A DNA stretch of 64,000 bases from Octopus sinensis (GCF_006345805.1 NC_043017.1:13888001-13952000); one strand, 5' to 3'. Positions 34,930 to 49,156 are shown, counted from the first letter of the stretch. Notes: generated by a model from the letters alone, not told the origin. Numbers and translations: made by a program.

Positions 34930-35560
34930 ATGACAGTCAATCGTACAAGTGCTATACTACAAGTGTGGAAGATATCACCCACACCATTAACAGCTGCTCC
35001 AAAATATCAACGAGATACTACCTGCCTCTGAGGTATGATATAGATGCAAAGACAATTTATAACACTATCTACAGGAAGGATTGCCCTGATAATATACATC
35101 AAAAGCATATCAGAACCAGCATATATTCACACCTTTATTTACAAAGAATAATGATAGAACACTTCAATAAAAACAACAATTTGGCGCAGGCATGACAATC
35201 TTGATATTGTTCTGTGAGACCGTGATCAAAAGTCATGCGCTGTTATAGAGGTCCGCTGTCCAGTAGATGTGAATGTACCATCAAAAGTCAAAGAAAAAGA
35301 GAACCTTTATGGTGAATTAATAGGGAACTTACTCCTCATGTACTCTGTCTATAAATTTTCATTTGTATCTATCACCATATAGGCATTAAGCCTACAAAAT
35401 TTGCACAAAAACCAAGAAATACTCGATTTTTGGAAGAAAGAGCAAAAACTGATGCAGATTCTCCAAATCCAATCTATCAGTGGCACAATGAAGATTTGTA
35501 AGATTTTCCAAAGATGCTCCATTTGAAATTCTTGAAATGAATTGATGTGCACACGTGGTT
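34930..35560 (+). mobile_element. Decayed RLE-type (R4/NeSL-like) non-LTR fragment
   Basis: EDITHTINSC (CCHC remnant), RYYLPLRYD, AVIEVRCPVDVNVPSKVKEKENLYGEL. Confidence 0.65.
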
Positions 35561-36053
35561 AAGTGCATCAACAGCTCAACCAGCACACAAACTCAACCAC
35601 ATATTTACAGAACCGGGAACTCTCAAACAGCTCCACCAAATCAAATAAAATTTGACCCCGCGAGTGTCAATATGTAATTTTTATTTTCATTTGGATTGAA
35701 ACAATATAACATTTTCTTGAAAATAATTTTTCTATAGTCAACTTATAGCAACGGAATTTTATACAACGACGACGTCACATTTTGTATATGAATATGTGTG
35801 TCTGTGAGTGTGAATATGTTTGTACGTTCATTACGTACGAGATAGCAAAGGACATTTTATACCACTACGACGACGTCACATCTCTATCATTCTCTCTTCA
35901 TTCTGTCAACCATTCTGGCTTTTACCGTTGTAACGATGTCTGGTACCAAAAACATTATTACAGTTACTTTCATTGTTTACAGTTTTCTCAGTAAAATGAA
36001 ATGATGCGAAAATGACAGGAGTAGAAACGTATTTCTTCTTCCATTACAAGTAA

Positions 36054-36420
36054 TTGTCTGTTACTCGAATCATTTTGGAAAGAAGGTCGGTAGACGAGCT
36101 ATTAATGGATAACAGCACAGTTTTTCGCCCAGAGCAGCTGAGAGAGATGCTTGGGAGATGGAGCACAAGACGCTTCTTCAAAGCTGCATACAGACTAGAT
36201 GGAAACGGCATTGTGGAACGGCACCACCGTACGATTAAAGCCATGTCTGAGAGGAGACGAATCTCCCCTATGGAGGAAGTTTCTTGTATATGTCGCTCAT
36301 GGTAGGGAAAGCCGAAGAGTTGGTCCTGCACAGGACCATATTCCGATACAAATGGAGCGTGGTGCCGTAGCAGCAAGAGGTGGAAGAGGTGGAACCTTCT
36401 GTGCAGGCTAGAGATGAAGT
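36054..36420 (+). mobile_element. Gypsy-type LTR retrotransposon integrase fragment
   Basis: ELLMDNSTVF..FFKAAYRLDGNGIVERHHRTIK = rve core (second D to E). Confidence 0.8.
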
Positions 36421-36875
36421 ATTACTCGAATCATTTCAATTTTCAAAAAAGTTTCCGAGAAAAATGTTCTCACTCTCTACAAGAGGAGACGGGGTAGATG
36501 TAGATGATCAGTATTCTATAGCGAGACAAAGATGAGTACAGGTAACCAGAGTAAGGTCACTAGAGATCTCCGCACAACGACAGCAAAGACATGAAAACGA
36601 CCGAAGGAGAGCTGCTGCACGCAGGGTCAATGAGTCACAAAAGTCATGGGAAAAACGGTTAGAACAATTATGTCAACAAAATGCAATTCGCAGGAGCCAA
36701 GAGTCAAAAAAGGAAAGAGCAAAACGTTTAAAGGTTGCATGACAAGCTGCCAGAGTTGCCAATGAGACAATAGGTCAACTACGTGGAATCTTTGGTAAGT
36801 GTCTTCTATTACAGTCTCAGGCCGACCAAAGCCTTTTGAGTGGATCTGGTAGACGGAAACTGAAAGAAGCCCATC

Positions 36876-36907
<32 letters not shown>

Positions 36908-36914
<7 letters not shown>

Positions 36915-37315
36915 TAACTAGATACAGAGCGCTCAACCGAAATCCAGTATGTATAAAGTTCTACATATTATATTTATGTGTATCTTTCAAATGCCTTCAC
37001 TTTGGCGCGCTGGATTTCGGTTGAGCGTTCTGTATCTAGTTCTGGAAATTGGGTTTTGTAAAAGACAGACTATGCTGATGATCTTGCAGATGTTTACGTG
37101 TCCATATACGTAAATATTAACAAGTGAAACTAATTAGTACATAGGTAATCGTTCTTTATTTCGTATATTTTCATTTGTCTTGCTTATTTTTACACTTTGA
37201 CTTTTTGGTGAATTTTTTCTTGAGAACACATTTTTCGTGGAAAATGGCGATTTTGACGTCTCTATCTAGCATATAGGCTGTCCACTTTTAATGGTCAGTC
37301 CTCTAAATTTTGTAT
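36908..37315 (+). mobile_element. (TA)n-inserted PLE-like fragment with 5' inverted repeat and HHR, nested in a SINE
   Basis: Flanked by (TA)n on both sides, inside the SINE at 36785-37580; ~32-bp inverted repeat within 36917-37041; HHR at 37070. Confidence 0.6.
37070..37144 (+). ncRNA. Type I hammerhead ribozyme motif
   Basis: CTATG-CTGATGA-[TCTTG..ATGTTTACGTG..TACGTAAATAT..CAAGT]-GAAA-CTAATTAG-TA-CATAG: stem I CTATG/CATAG, long stem II, palindromic stem III, GUA triplet. Confidence 0.75.
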
Positions 37316-37885
37316 ATTATATATATATATATATATGTATGTATATATATGAATATATACATATATATATATATATGTGTGTATGTATGTGTGCGTGCGT
37401 GTGTGTGTCTTTGTATCTGTGTTTGTCATCCTTGATAACCGGTGTTGGTGTGTTTACATACCCGTAACTTCGTGGTTCCGCAAAAGAGCCTATAAGTCCC
37501 GAGGGTGAGATTGTTTCACTAAAACCCCTTCAAGGCGGTGCCCCAGCATGGCCTCAGTCAAATCACTGAAACAAGTAAAAGATATTATTTACACATGATA
37601 CAGCAACAATCTTCGCGTTAACATGCAACTAATTAATTAATCCCTTGACGCTACTTCATATGTTGAAACTGTAGTAATAATCAAATCTACTAATCAGCAG
37701 AAATGATTATAATTAATCTTGGGAAATAATTAAACAAATCCAATTTGGGATTATAGTAAATCATTAATTGTTAAAGTTAGATGAACAATGTTAGCTGTTG
37801 GCTGTATTTTTAAGATAACGAGTAATTGGATTAACGAAACCCTTAATGAATGAGCTTATATCAGAGGATGCTGAGATCCAGCTAC

Positions 37886-38425
37886 ATTCTTCTTCTCTTC
37901 TTCTTCTTCTTCTTCTTCTCCTCCTCCTCCTCCTCCCCCTTCTCCCCCTGATTCTCCTGCTCCTGCTCCTCCTCCTGCACCTCCTGCTCCTGCTCCTGCT
38001 CCTTCTTCTTCTTCTTCTTCTTCTTCTCTCCTCTTCCTCCTCCTCCTGCTTCTCCTGCTCCTCCTCCTGCTCCTCTTTCTCCTCTTTCTCCTCTTTCTCC
38101 TCCTGCTCCTCCTCCTCCCTCTTCTTCTTCTTCTTCTTCTTCTTCTTCTCTCTGCTTCCCCCCTCCTCCTGCTCCTCCTGCTTCTCCTCCTCCTCCTCCT
38201 GCTTCTCCTCCTGCTCCTCCTCCTCCTCCTGCTCCTGCTCCTCCTTCTTCTTCTTCTTCTTCTCCTCCTTCTCCCAATTCTCTTCCTCCTCCCTACTCCT
38301 TTTGTCGTCGTCGTCGTTGATGTTCTTCCTCTTTCTTCTTTTCCATCTTTTTCCTTATCTTCTTCCTCTTCTTCTTTTTTCTTTCTCCTCCTGCTCCTCC
38401 TCTTCCCTTCCCACTTCCCTCTTCA
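37886..38425. repeat. Polypyrimidine (CTT/CCT/CTG)n array; a similar tract lies at 46645-47005
   Basis: Direct reading. Confidence 0.95.
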
Positions 38426-39345
38426 ATTAAGAGATGTTCACAATAGGTTGAATAGCAGTAATTAAAGCCATGTCAATCAAAATTGCAGTAACAAAGAGTC
38501 AGATGTTCTTGATAACACAGTAAGTGATTAATGAAAGCTCTCCATGTAATCACTCGACTTGCTAGAAATAGAAACCAAATCTGCTTCACATTATACCCTA
38601 TTGTCTTGAAGAAATGACACAGATCTTGTGAATGAAGTTGACAGACAGAAATGGTGTATATATAACAGTGGTTGTGTGGTAAGAAACTTGTTTCCGAACC
38701 ATTTGGTTCTGGGTTCACTCTCACTGCGTGGTACCTTAGGCAAGTGTCTTCTACTATAGTCTGAGGCCAACCAAAACCTTGTGAGTGAATTTGGTAGACA
38801 GAAACTGAAAGAAGCCAGTTGTATATATATATATTTATATATGAGTGTGTGACAACCAGTTTTGGCTTGTTTATATCTCCGTAACTTAGTGTTTGCCAGA
38901 AGAGATTGATAGAAATAAGTACCAAGCTTTTAAAAAATAAGTCCTGGGATCGATTTCTTTGACTGAAAATTCTTCAATGTGATGCCCTAGCATGGCTGCA
39001 CTCCAATGACCAAAACAAAGAAGAAGGAAAAAATAGAAAATATACACACATACATATTCATACATTTACATACACACACACAGAGACACAAGCATAGCTG
39101 TGTTACCACACAGAAGCTTGCTTCCCAACCACATAAACCTGGGCCCAGTCCCACTGCGAGACACCTCGGGCAAGTGCTCTCTACAGTAGCCTCAGGCTGG
39201 CTAAAATCTTGTGAGAGGATTTGGTAGATGGAAACTGAAAGAAGCCCGAGAAGATTCACCCACTTCAGCGAAACTGAGTTTTAGAAGCACTGTGGATTCC
39301 ACCCGCATGTTATTTTATCACATCCTACCCCCTATATACCAAACT

Positions 39346-39890
39346 ACAAGGGTTGTTCATTAAAGATTTCCCCTGACCCACTTCTCAAGGACTGGGATAA
39401 ACGAAGCTTGGCATAATTATTAGTCCTTCTCTACATAGCCACCACCAATGGTAACGCACTTCTCACATCACTTTATGCAGCTGTGAAGATCTCGTCTGTA
39501 GAAGTCAGTAGGTTGCGTATGGAGCCAATAAGTTCATCATCCCAAAAGTGTTTCCCCTTCAAAAAAGACTTCATGGATGGAAAGAGGTGGAAGTGAGTTG
39601 GTGCGGTGTCGGGAGAGTAAGGGGGATGATGAAGGATTTCATAACCGTAGGAGTGTGCTTTCCTCTGGGCAACATGCACATTGTGAACTGGAGCGTTGTC
39701 TCAGAGGCAGTGGACTCCTTTGGTCAGCATTTCACGCCTCTCTGCTTTGATGGTATCCCTCAATTTCTGCAGCAGAGAAGCATAATATACCCCATTAACT
39801 GTGTTACCCTTTGCCAGAAAATCCATCAGTACTACTCCATGCTGGTCCCAAAAGTCTGAGCATCACTTTGCCTGCTGATGGTTGGACACT
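39346..39890 (-). mobile_element. Mariner transposase remnant (3' part)
   Basis: HHPPYSPDTAPTHFHLFPSMKSFLKGKHF; TIR-like tacaagggttgttcattaaag at the left end. Confidence 0.85.
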
Positions 39891-40103
39891 CTCTGTCTGT
39901 CTTCGCCACCGCCCTCACCGTCTCTATGCTTAATATTACTCTCACCCCAACATGAGCAATAGTAGGAGTGTCAATGAATAGTAAGAGAGGGGTGTCAAAG
40001 TGTGACACACTGACACACAGAAATTACTTTTCGCATTTATTAGATATATATATATACACAACCTTTTTAGTCGAAGGGAAAAATATATACACATTCGTCC
40101 ACA

Positions 40104-40144
<41 letters not shown>

Positions 40145-40293
40145 TACCTTCAAAATTTTAACCTTCAACAGTACAATTTTTTAAAGAACTTTTATATTCT
40201 CTTGTTCTCCTTGTGGCAAACAAGCAAAAAACAAAAAGTAAAAAAATGAAAATCACGAAAAATCATTATTTTTATTATTATTATTATTATTAT

Positions 40294-40830
40294 TGAGTGA
40301 GAGAGCAGTTCATGCCATCAAAGTGACACTGGGGTAAAATATACGAAGCCCATCATGACTACCCGTCTGATAAAGGTACACCAGGCACATGCATCACAAC
40401 CATATGTGCGCGACATGGTGATCTCATATCAAGATAACAACACATGACCTTGCAGGTGGGGCCCAGTTAGAATTTTCTTCAGGTGAGTAGCCCATCCTGC
40501 TCAAACGGTCCTGAATAAGGGTTGCTTAGGATGTTGAACGAAACACCTATGTTTCAGAGGTGAACCATTCAACTCCAAAGAATCCCTCTCAACACATGGC
40601 CATGATGCTTCCCCACTACTTCTGCTCGTGATCAGAGATGCACATATCGTCAGCACTAAGGGACATGCTCAACTGGTAAGGTCAAACAACTGACAAGCAA
40701 ACCTGTGGGATTGAGCAGAATTTGCTGTAGCCCATCTTTTTACCCAGACAAAACAATGTACATGATAACACTTCCAGTCAGTTAAGATCAGAAGCCATGA
40801 GAGCCACTGCCTGGTACTGCATCAGGGCAT
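40294..40830 (-). mobile_element. Non-coding interspersed repeat embedded in (TAA)n; partial copies at 24810-25100 and 26412-26625
   Basis: Three homologous copies; the longest has (ATT)n on both sides; orientation inferred from the (AAT)n tail. Confidence 0.7.
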
Positions 40831-41001
40831 TTATTATTATTATTATATATTATTATTATTATTATTATTATTATAATCACTATCATTATTATTATTATTA
40901 TTCTTATTATTATTATTATTGTTGTTGTGTTGTTGTGTTGTTATTATTATTATTATTTTATGTTGTTGTTGTTATTTATTATAATTATTATTATTATCAC
41001 T

Positions 41002-41034
<33 letters not shown>

Positions 41035-41097
41035 TATTATTATTATTGTTGTTGTTGTTGTTGTTGTGTTTTATTATTATTATTATTATTATCACTA

Positions 41098-41130
<33 letters not shown>

Positions 41131-41370
41131 TATTATATATTATTATTATTATTATTATCATTATTATTACTATTATCATTACATTATTATATTATTATTA
41201 TTAATATATTATTATTATTATTATTATTATTATTATCACTATCATTAATCGTATTATCATTAATATATTCATTATTATATTATTATTATCATCATCATCA
41301 TCATCATCATCATTATTATTATTAGTTATTATTATTATTATCATATATTATTATAAATATTATTATATTA

Positions 41371-41406
<36 letters not shown>

Positions 41407-41774
41407 CCTTCATTATCATAATCATTATCATTATTATTATTATTATTATATTATTATTATTATTAGTGCTATTTTATCATTATTATTATTATTATATATT
41501 ATTATTATTATTATTATTATCACTATCTTATCATATCACACATTATTATTATTATTATTATTATTATATTATATTATTATTAGTGCTATTATTATCATTA
41601 TTATTATTATTAGTCTTATTTTATTATTATTATCATTATCATTATCATCATCATCATCATTATATTATTATTATTATTATTATATTATTATTATTGATAT
41701 TATTATCATATTATTATTATTATTATATTATCATACTACATTAATATTATTATCATATATATTATTATTATTAA

Positions 41775-41810
<36 letters not shown>

Positions 41811-41822
41811 ATTATTATTATA

Positions 41823-41857
<35 letters not shown>

Positions 41858-41872
41858 TATTATATTATTATT
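40831..41872. repeat. (ATT)n microsatellite array, ~1 kb
   Basis: Direct reading. Confidence 0.97.
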
Positions 41873-42768
41873 TCTTTAGACTTAATTCATCTTTCATAGG
41901 TACTCCAGTTTTATTTTTATATATCATACTAGAATATTAAATAATTAATGCAGATAAACCCACATACACCGCCACCACCACCACCACCACCACCACCACC
42001 ACTATTAACACTACCTCCAACCACAGCTACTATCATCACCACGACCACTAACACCACCACCTCCAACACCGCCGTCATCACCACAACATCTAGCAACGCC
42101 ACCATCTCCGCCACCACTCTAAGGTATCTCTGAATCAGATTAACATTTCAAACCTTATTTCTTTCTCAACTCAGGAAAACCTATATGGAACTACTGTTAC
42201 TATGGTGATGAAACATTGTGATAAAATTCACACATTTGTTCTTGTTTTATCATTCTTTTTTTTCTTTTTTTAAATGGGAAGAGGGGGGTGGTAGGTAGAT
42301 AAGCTGGAGGGTGGGAGTATAGAATTGATATAAGCAAAAATTAAAAATGATACAAAAATACCTACTACTTCCCCAACTCCTCCTCCCTCGTTTTTGTCAT
42401 CTTTCTCACATCGCCTTCATTGCCTCATCTGTCAGATGTTTAATGTTTCAACATTGGATGTAATGTGAGTGAAAAAGTTTCACACACATCTATATGTACA
42501 TATGTATATATATCTGTATTATATATTTATATATATATATATATATAATATATATTTATATATATATATATATATAGGTATACACACATATATAATACAT
42601 ATACATATATACGTACACACACACACAACATATATTATATATACATAGATATATATCTAATACACCCACGTATATATATATGTATATAGTATTATAATAT
42701 ATATACAAACACAAACACACACACACACATATATATATGTATATATATATGATATATATAATATATGT

Positions 42769-42804
<36 letters not shown>

Positions 42805-42827
42805 TACATATATATATATATATATAT

Positions 42828-42865
<38 letters not shown>

Positions 42866-43449
42866 ATATCTATATGTGGTATATATATATGTATACATAT
42901 ACATGTAGAATCCATATTTGTATGTATAACCCTATGGTGTATCTGTATATATATATATATATATTATATATATTTACATGCATTACACTTTATAATCTAT
43001 ACACCCAAACGTAAATGAAGTATATGTACATGATATTTTACAATCACGTATATAAAAAAACAAATAAAACACACAATATATATATTCAACATAAGAAATA
43101 AATACATGTTAATTTGATATTTATGCTCCTGCCACCACTTCTTATCTCCCCCTAACAAAGCTGAGATAATTTTCATTATTTTTATTTTTTTTATTTTGAA
43201 GTATTGTTTCACTCGTCCTCATAGCTGCAGTACTTTTTCATTAAATATAACCACTTTCTTTTATATGCACATACTTATGTACATACCTATATACATGCAT
43301 ACTTATATACGTACATAGTTATGTATATGTACATATAAACACATGTATATACATACATGCATACATAGAAATGCACACACTCATATAAACAGATAGCTAA
43401 CTATATATATATATACATAAATACAGGCATACATACATACATACATACA

Positions 43450-43481
<32 letters not shown>

Positions 43482-43503
43482 CATACATACGTACATACAT
43501 ACA

Positions 43504-43535
<32 letters not shown>

Positions 43536-43575
43536 CATACATACATACATACATACATACATACATACATGCATG

Positions 43576-43609
<34 letters not shown>

Positions 43610-44032
43610 TACATACACACACATGCATACGCACTTGTGCGCGTGCACACACACGTATACTCACATATACACACATACACACACATACACAGACACATAT
43701 AAATACATGTTTATCAAATATCAATCCATCTATATACTTATCCAAATATATATATGACATGTGTGTGTTTGGTTCTGCTGTTGAGTGTGTGAGTGCGTAT
43801 ATATATATATAATATATATAGATATATTATATATATATATGTATGTAGATATGTATGTATATATATATATATATATGTATGTATATATATATGTATATAT
43901 ATATGTATGTATGTATGTATGTAAGTATGTATGAATATATATTTGTTATATTGGTTATGGTGATATTTTTTGCGAATTAAATACATGGATTATATACTTG
44001 GTTTTCACTTCACCTTTATTATTATCATTATC

Positions 44033-44088
<56 letters not shown>

Positions 44089-44811
44089 TTTAGTGTCCTT
44101 TGTCTCAGCTCTTCCAGCACACATCCTGTGACCTCTTCAGCAACCCTTTATCCTATGTATCTCTTCTTGTTCTGTTTATCCCATTCTGTCTTTCTCTGGT
44201 AGGTAACCTTATCTGCAATGTGGTTGTGTCTGTATCTGTATCTGCTTGTATGTATGCGTGTGTACGTGTGTGTTTGTGTGATTGTGTTTGTGCGTATATA
44301 TGTGCGTGTGTGTGCGCATCTGTGTATGCGTGCATGTGCGTTTATGTATTTACTATGTGTATTATGTGTGTGTGTATGAGTTTGCTTTCACTGTTTGTAC
44401 CAGTTATTTTCTTTATTCGTTTATTTACTTATTTATTTTTTTCTCATTCTACATGCTGTTTTCTCAATGTATGTTTCTGCACTGTCGCTCAGTACACCAT
44501 ATACTATAGACTACATTCCAAATGTTACAGTTTCGCTCTGGAGTCATTCTACACAAGATACTGTTGCTGCATAGTGTGTATGATGAACCCACAAGTAAAC
44601 TGTAAGATTAGGAATGTAGTCTATAGTATATAGTGTTCAGAGGGATGGTGTAGAAACAGGACAGTGACATACGATGGAGAGACAGCATGTAGCATAGGTG
44701 AACAGACAGGTAACTAATGGCAGGAGGTCAAGGAGGAGAAAAGCTTATCAGTGCTCTACTAACATGTTCAATTAGAACATGGCGGCTCTTAAATGACATA
44801 GATGTTGATAT

Positions 44812-45215
44812 AGCGCAGGAGTGGCTGTGTGGTAAGTAGCTTGTTTACCAACCACATGGTTCCGGGTTCAGTCCCACTGCATGGCACCTGGGGCAAAGTG
44901 TCTCTGCTATAGCCTCGGGCCGACCAAAACTTGTGAGTGGATTTGGTAGACGGAAACTGAAAGAAGCCCGTCATAATATGTATATATATATGCGTGTGTG
45001 TGTTGTGTGTCTGTGTTTGTCCCCCTAGCATTGCTTGACAACCGATGCTGGTGTGTTTATGTCCCCGTCACTTAGCGGTTCGGCAAAATAGACCGATAGA
45101 ATAAGTACTGGGCTTACAAAAGAATAAGTCCCGGGGTAGAGTTGCTCAATTAAAGGCGGTGCTCCAGCATGGCCGCAGTCAAATGACTGAAACAAGTAAA
45201 AGAGTAAAAGAGAGA
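44812..45215 (+). mobile_element. Full-length SINE family A copy
   Basis: As for 564-925. Confidence 0.9.
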
Positions 45216-45556
45216 TATTGAACAGACACGACACTTACACAGGTTACAGAGGCTACACACAGTAATAGACAGACTGAGCCTCAATAGAAAGCATGAATGG
45301 AATAATAACATCCGTCCATTCCACAGCACTACGCAACCTGACAACTAAAGACAGAATGAAGAAAAGAAAAAAGAAAAGAACACAGACACAAACAGTATAA
45401 TGCACAGACCCATATACAAGCCATACCCATACTACAGACAGAATGAGAAAAATTGAATAAGTAAATAAATGAATAAACAAAATAAAAGACAGGCACAAAC
45501 GGTGTTGTAGGCAAAAAAATATACACGCGCACAACACATACTAAACACATAGGCAT

Positions 45557-45615
<59 letters not shown>

Positions 45616-45921
45616 AACGCATGTGCAGATAATAATACACACCACAGAAAGACAGTATGTACTACACAGAAGAAAAGAAATATGGGATAAAAAGTTGGTG
45701 AAGAGGTCACAGGATGTGTGACGAAGGAGCTTAGACAGAGGACAAAAAAATAATAATGATAATAAACCTGCAGTGAAAATCAAGTATATAGTGCGTGTGT
45801 TTAATTGAGAAAAATGTGGCCAATCCCAAATATAACAATATATGCTTCAACCACACAATTCCACATCAAGAATCTAGCAAAAGAAATAATATTATACGTA
45901 CGTATATATATATATAATATA

Positions 45922-45956
<35 letters not shown>

Positions 45957-46892
45957 AAATATATATCTTATATATATATATGTATATATATATACACATG
46001 TGTGTGTGTAGTTGTATGTATGTATGTATGTATGTATACATATGTAGTATATATATACATATATATATATAGTTATATGTTTGTATATATATATATATAT
46101 ATTCATATATATACATAAATATATGTATGTATATATATACATAAATATATATATATACATATAGACATTATATATATATACATATATGTATGTGTGTGAC
46201 TATGTATATATATATAAATATGTATGTGTATATATATGTGTACATAAATATGTATGTGTCTATATATGTGTATGTTTATATATATATATGTGTGTATTTA
46301 CATATATATATACATGCATATACACAGCCACACCCACATACATATATGCGCGGATACACGCGCATGCGTGTGCGCGCGCACACACACACACACTCTCTTT
46401 CTCTCTCTCTCTCACACACACACACACACTCTCTCTCTCACACACACACGCATTTATTTTCAGTTCCACTCTTGAATCTTGTTCATTTTCCCACTGAATG
46501 TGGTTTCTCATTTCTTTCACATCTTTTTTTTCTCCTTTGTTCTTTTTTGTTTTGTAAATCTGAAAATTCTTGGAAATATTATAACTCCAGGGGCCTTCTG
46601 GATTTTAAGATTTCACAAAATTCTTTCTTCTCCAATTTTTTCATTTCTTCTTCTTCTTCTTCTTCTTCTTCTTCTTCTTCTCGTATCTCCCCCCTCCTCT
46701 CCCCTCCTTCTTCATTCTTCATTTTCTTCCTCACATCTCCTCCTCCTCTCCCCAACCCCTCCTATCCCGCCTCTCCTCCTCTCCCGTTTCTCATTTCTCC
46801 TCCCCCCTTTCCTCTCATCTCTCCTCTTCCATCCTACACTCCTTTCCCTCCTTCACCAACGGACGGTTTTACTAGTTCTGTTTTTGTTTGTC

Positions 46893-46930
<38 letters not shown>

Positions 46931-47174
46931 CTTCTTCTTCTTCTTCTTCTCTTCTTCTTCTTCTTCTTCTTCTTCTTCTTCTTTTCTTCTTCTTCTTCTT
47001 CTTCGTCTCCTCGTTCATATCTTGCGGCCATTGAGTACAGTGATTTTAGAATTTGATCTCTCAATGGAGTTTTGATTGAAAAATTTGTTAAAATTCAATA
47101 TTTCACCAAACCAATTAAAGAAAATAGTTTTGTGGTAATAACTCTTGTTCTTTCTCTCTTCTCTCTCTTTCTTC

Positions 47175-47207
<33 letters not shown>

Positions 47208-47700
47208 CCTGTCTCTTATTGTTTTTTTTGCAATTTTACTTAAATACATTTTGCTGTTTTTTAAAAGAAAGAAAAGAAAATTTAGTCATTTAAAAATATT
47301 TTGCTTCTTTTCTTCTCCTCAGTGAAGTTCCTCCAGGGGCAGGACAATTTTTCTTTGTTATTTGAAAATTGCAAAAAAAGGAAACCAAATAACTAAATAA
47401 GTAAAAAAATAAAAATAAAAATGAGAAAAAAATCTAATAATAATAATAATATAATAATAATAATAATAATAATAATATTTAGAAATCATAATAAGCAAGA
47501 TTTTGCTGATAACTTTTCACGTAAGATTAGATGTAAGTCTGGAGAAAGAAAATATGAAATGAACACTTTGAAAAATTGTATGGTTTTTAGGAATGAAGGT
47601 TAATACCCAGGGTGGGCAAAGAATTTACTAATGTTAAAAAGTTACCCATAGACAGTAAACAACATTAAGAACAGATCATGGCTGTGGTAGTCTACTGTTA

Positions 47701-47995
47701 GTTAGGCAGGTACATATAGACAATTAAGTCCATCAGAGATAGATCTGTGTCTAATATTAGTTAGACAGGTACATATAGACAATTAAGTCCATCAGAGATA
47801 GATCTGGGTCTAATATTAGTTAGACAGGTACATATAGACAATTAAGTCCATCAGAGATAGATCTGGGTCTAATATTAGTGAGACAGGTACATATAGACAA
47901 TTAAGTCCATCAGAGATAGATCTGGGTCTAATATTAGTTAGACAGGTACATGTAGACAATTAAGTCCATCAAAGACAGGCCTTGGTCTAATATTG
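47701..47995. repeat. 59-bp tandem repeat, 5 copies
   Basis: gttagacaggtacatatagacaattaagtccatcagagatagatctgggtctaatatta. Confidence 0.95.
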
Positions 47996-49156
47996 TGACT
48001 GTGATAGTCTATTGTAAGAAAAGTTGATTGAATATATTAGACATGTCTTTAATTTCCAATAATACAAAATCAGATAGCGATAATCTGATTTTAGCCTGGA
48101 CTGGCCCTTGCATTTATAAAGGGGTTCCTCTTGTCAAGATCTTTCTGGGTCAGTGGAAGGGCAATACTTCAAGGGTCTGTCTTTCCACTGACAATCTGGT
48201 GTAGGGATTGTCACGAGAGTCAGTTATACAAGACTTAACAGGTCTCTGATGGGCACCTGCACCATTGGCAGGTTTAATGGGCAGTCAATGTTGATTATTC
48301 CTTGTTGAGTCCTGTCTGTGTGTCCACCCACACTCCACACGCTGGGGTTAGACCCAATAGTGAAGATGCTTATTTATTCACCGACGATCCCATCACAAAA
48401 GCAACTTAGAATTGGTTTATATAATTACTAGTAACAGATTAAGAATGGCCACAGAAAGCATAATTAAAAGAAGGCAAACAAATATACAACATATTCCAGC
48501 CTTCTAGCATCAAACGGCACGATACAGATGCATGGTATACAGGCGAGCTGGCAGAAGCGTTAGCACGTCGGGCGAAATGCGTAGCCATATTTCGTCTGCC
48601 GTTACGTCCTAAGTTCAAATTCCGCCGAGGTCGACTTTGCCTTTCATCCTTTCTGGGTCGATAAATTAAGAACCAGTTACGCACTGGGGTCGATGTAATC
48701 GACTTAATCCGTTTGTCTGTCCTTGTTTGTCCCCTCTGTGTTTAGCCCCTTGTGGGTAGTAAAGAAAGAAGAAAGAGGTGTCAGCAAACTGGTAAACTGG
48801 CAAACGAGCTGAATCGTTAGATCGCTGGATATTCGTTTCCTAGTTCACTGCACCCCGAGTTTAAATAACACCAACTTTAACTTTGCTTCCGTTATTTTAT
48901 GGTTGATAAATAATGTAACACTGTTGGAGCAATTCTTCTCAGATTATACTGTTTATCTCTGTGAAAGATTTTGAACGCGGTCAACACAGGATAAGGATAG
49001 GCATCGTCAGATTCAGATGTCCAAGACAGACTTGTATATTGCTATAATGTCTTAATCGGGAGTTGAGAGTCTACGACATAGGAGACACACACGCTCACAC
49101 ACGTACGCGTACATGCACACGCACTACACACACACGTACACACACACGCACGCACG

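Noticed and set aside
47701-47995. Regular 59-bp array as a CRISPR-like locus
   Set aside because: No unique spacers; plain tandem repeat in eukaryotic DNA
48013-48436. Solo LTR (TG start; TATAAA and ATTAAA on the minus strand)
   Set aside because: No matching TSD or second LTR; boundaries cannot be fixed
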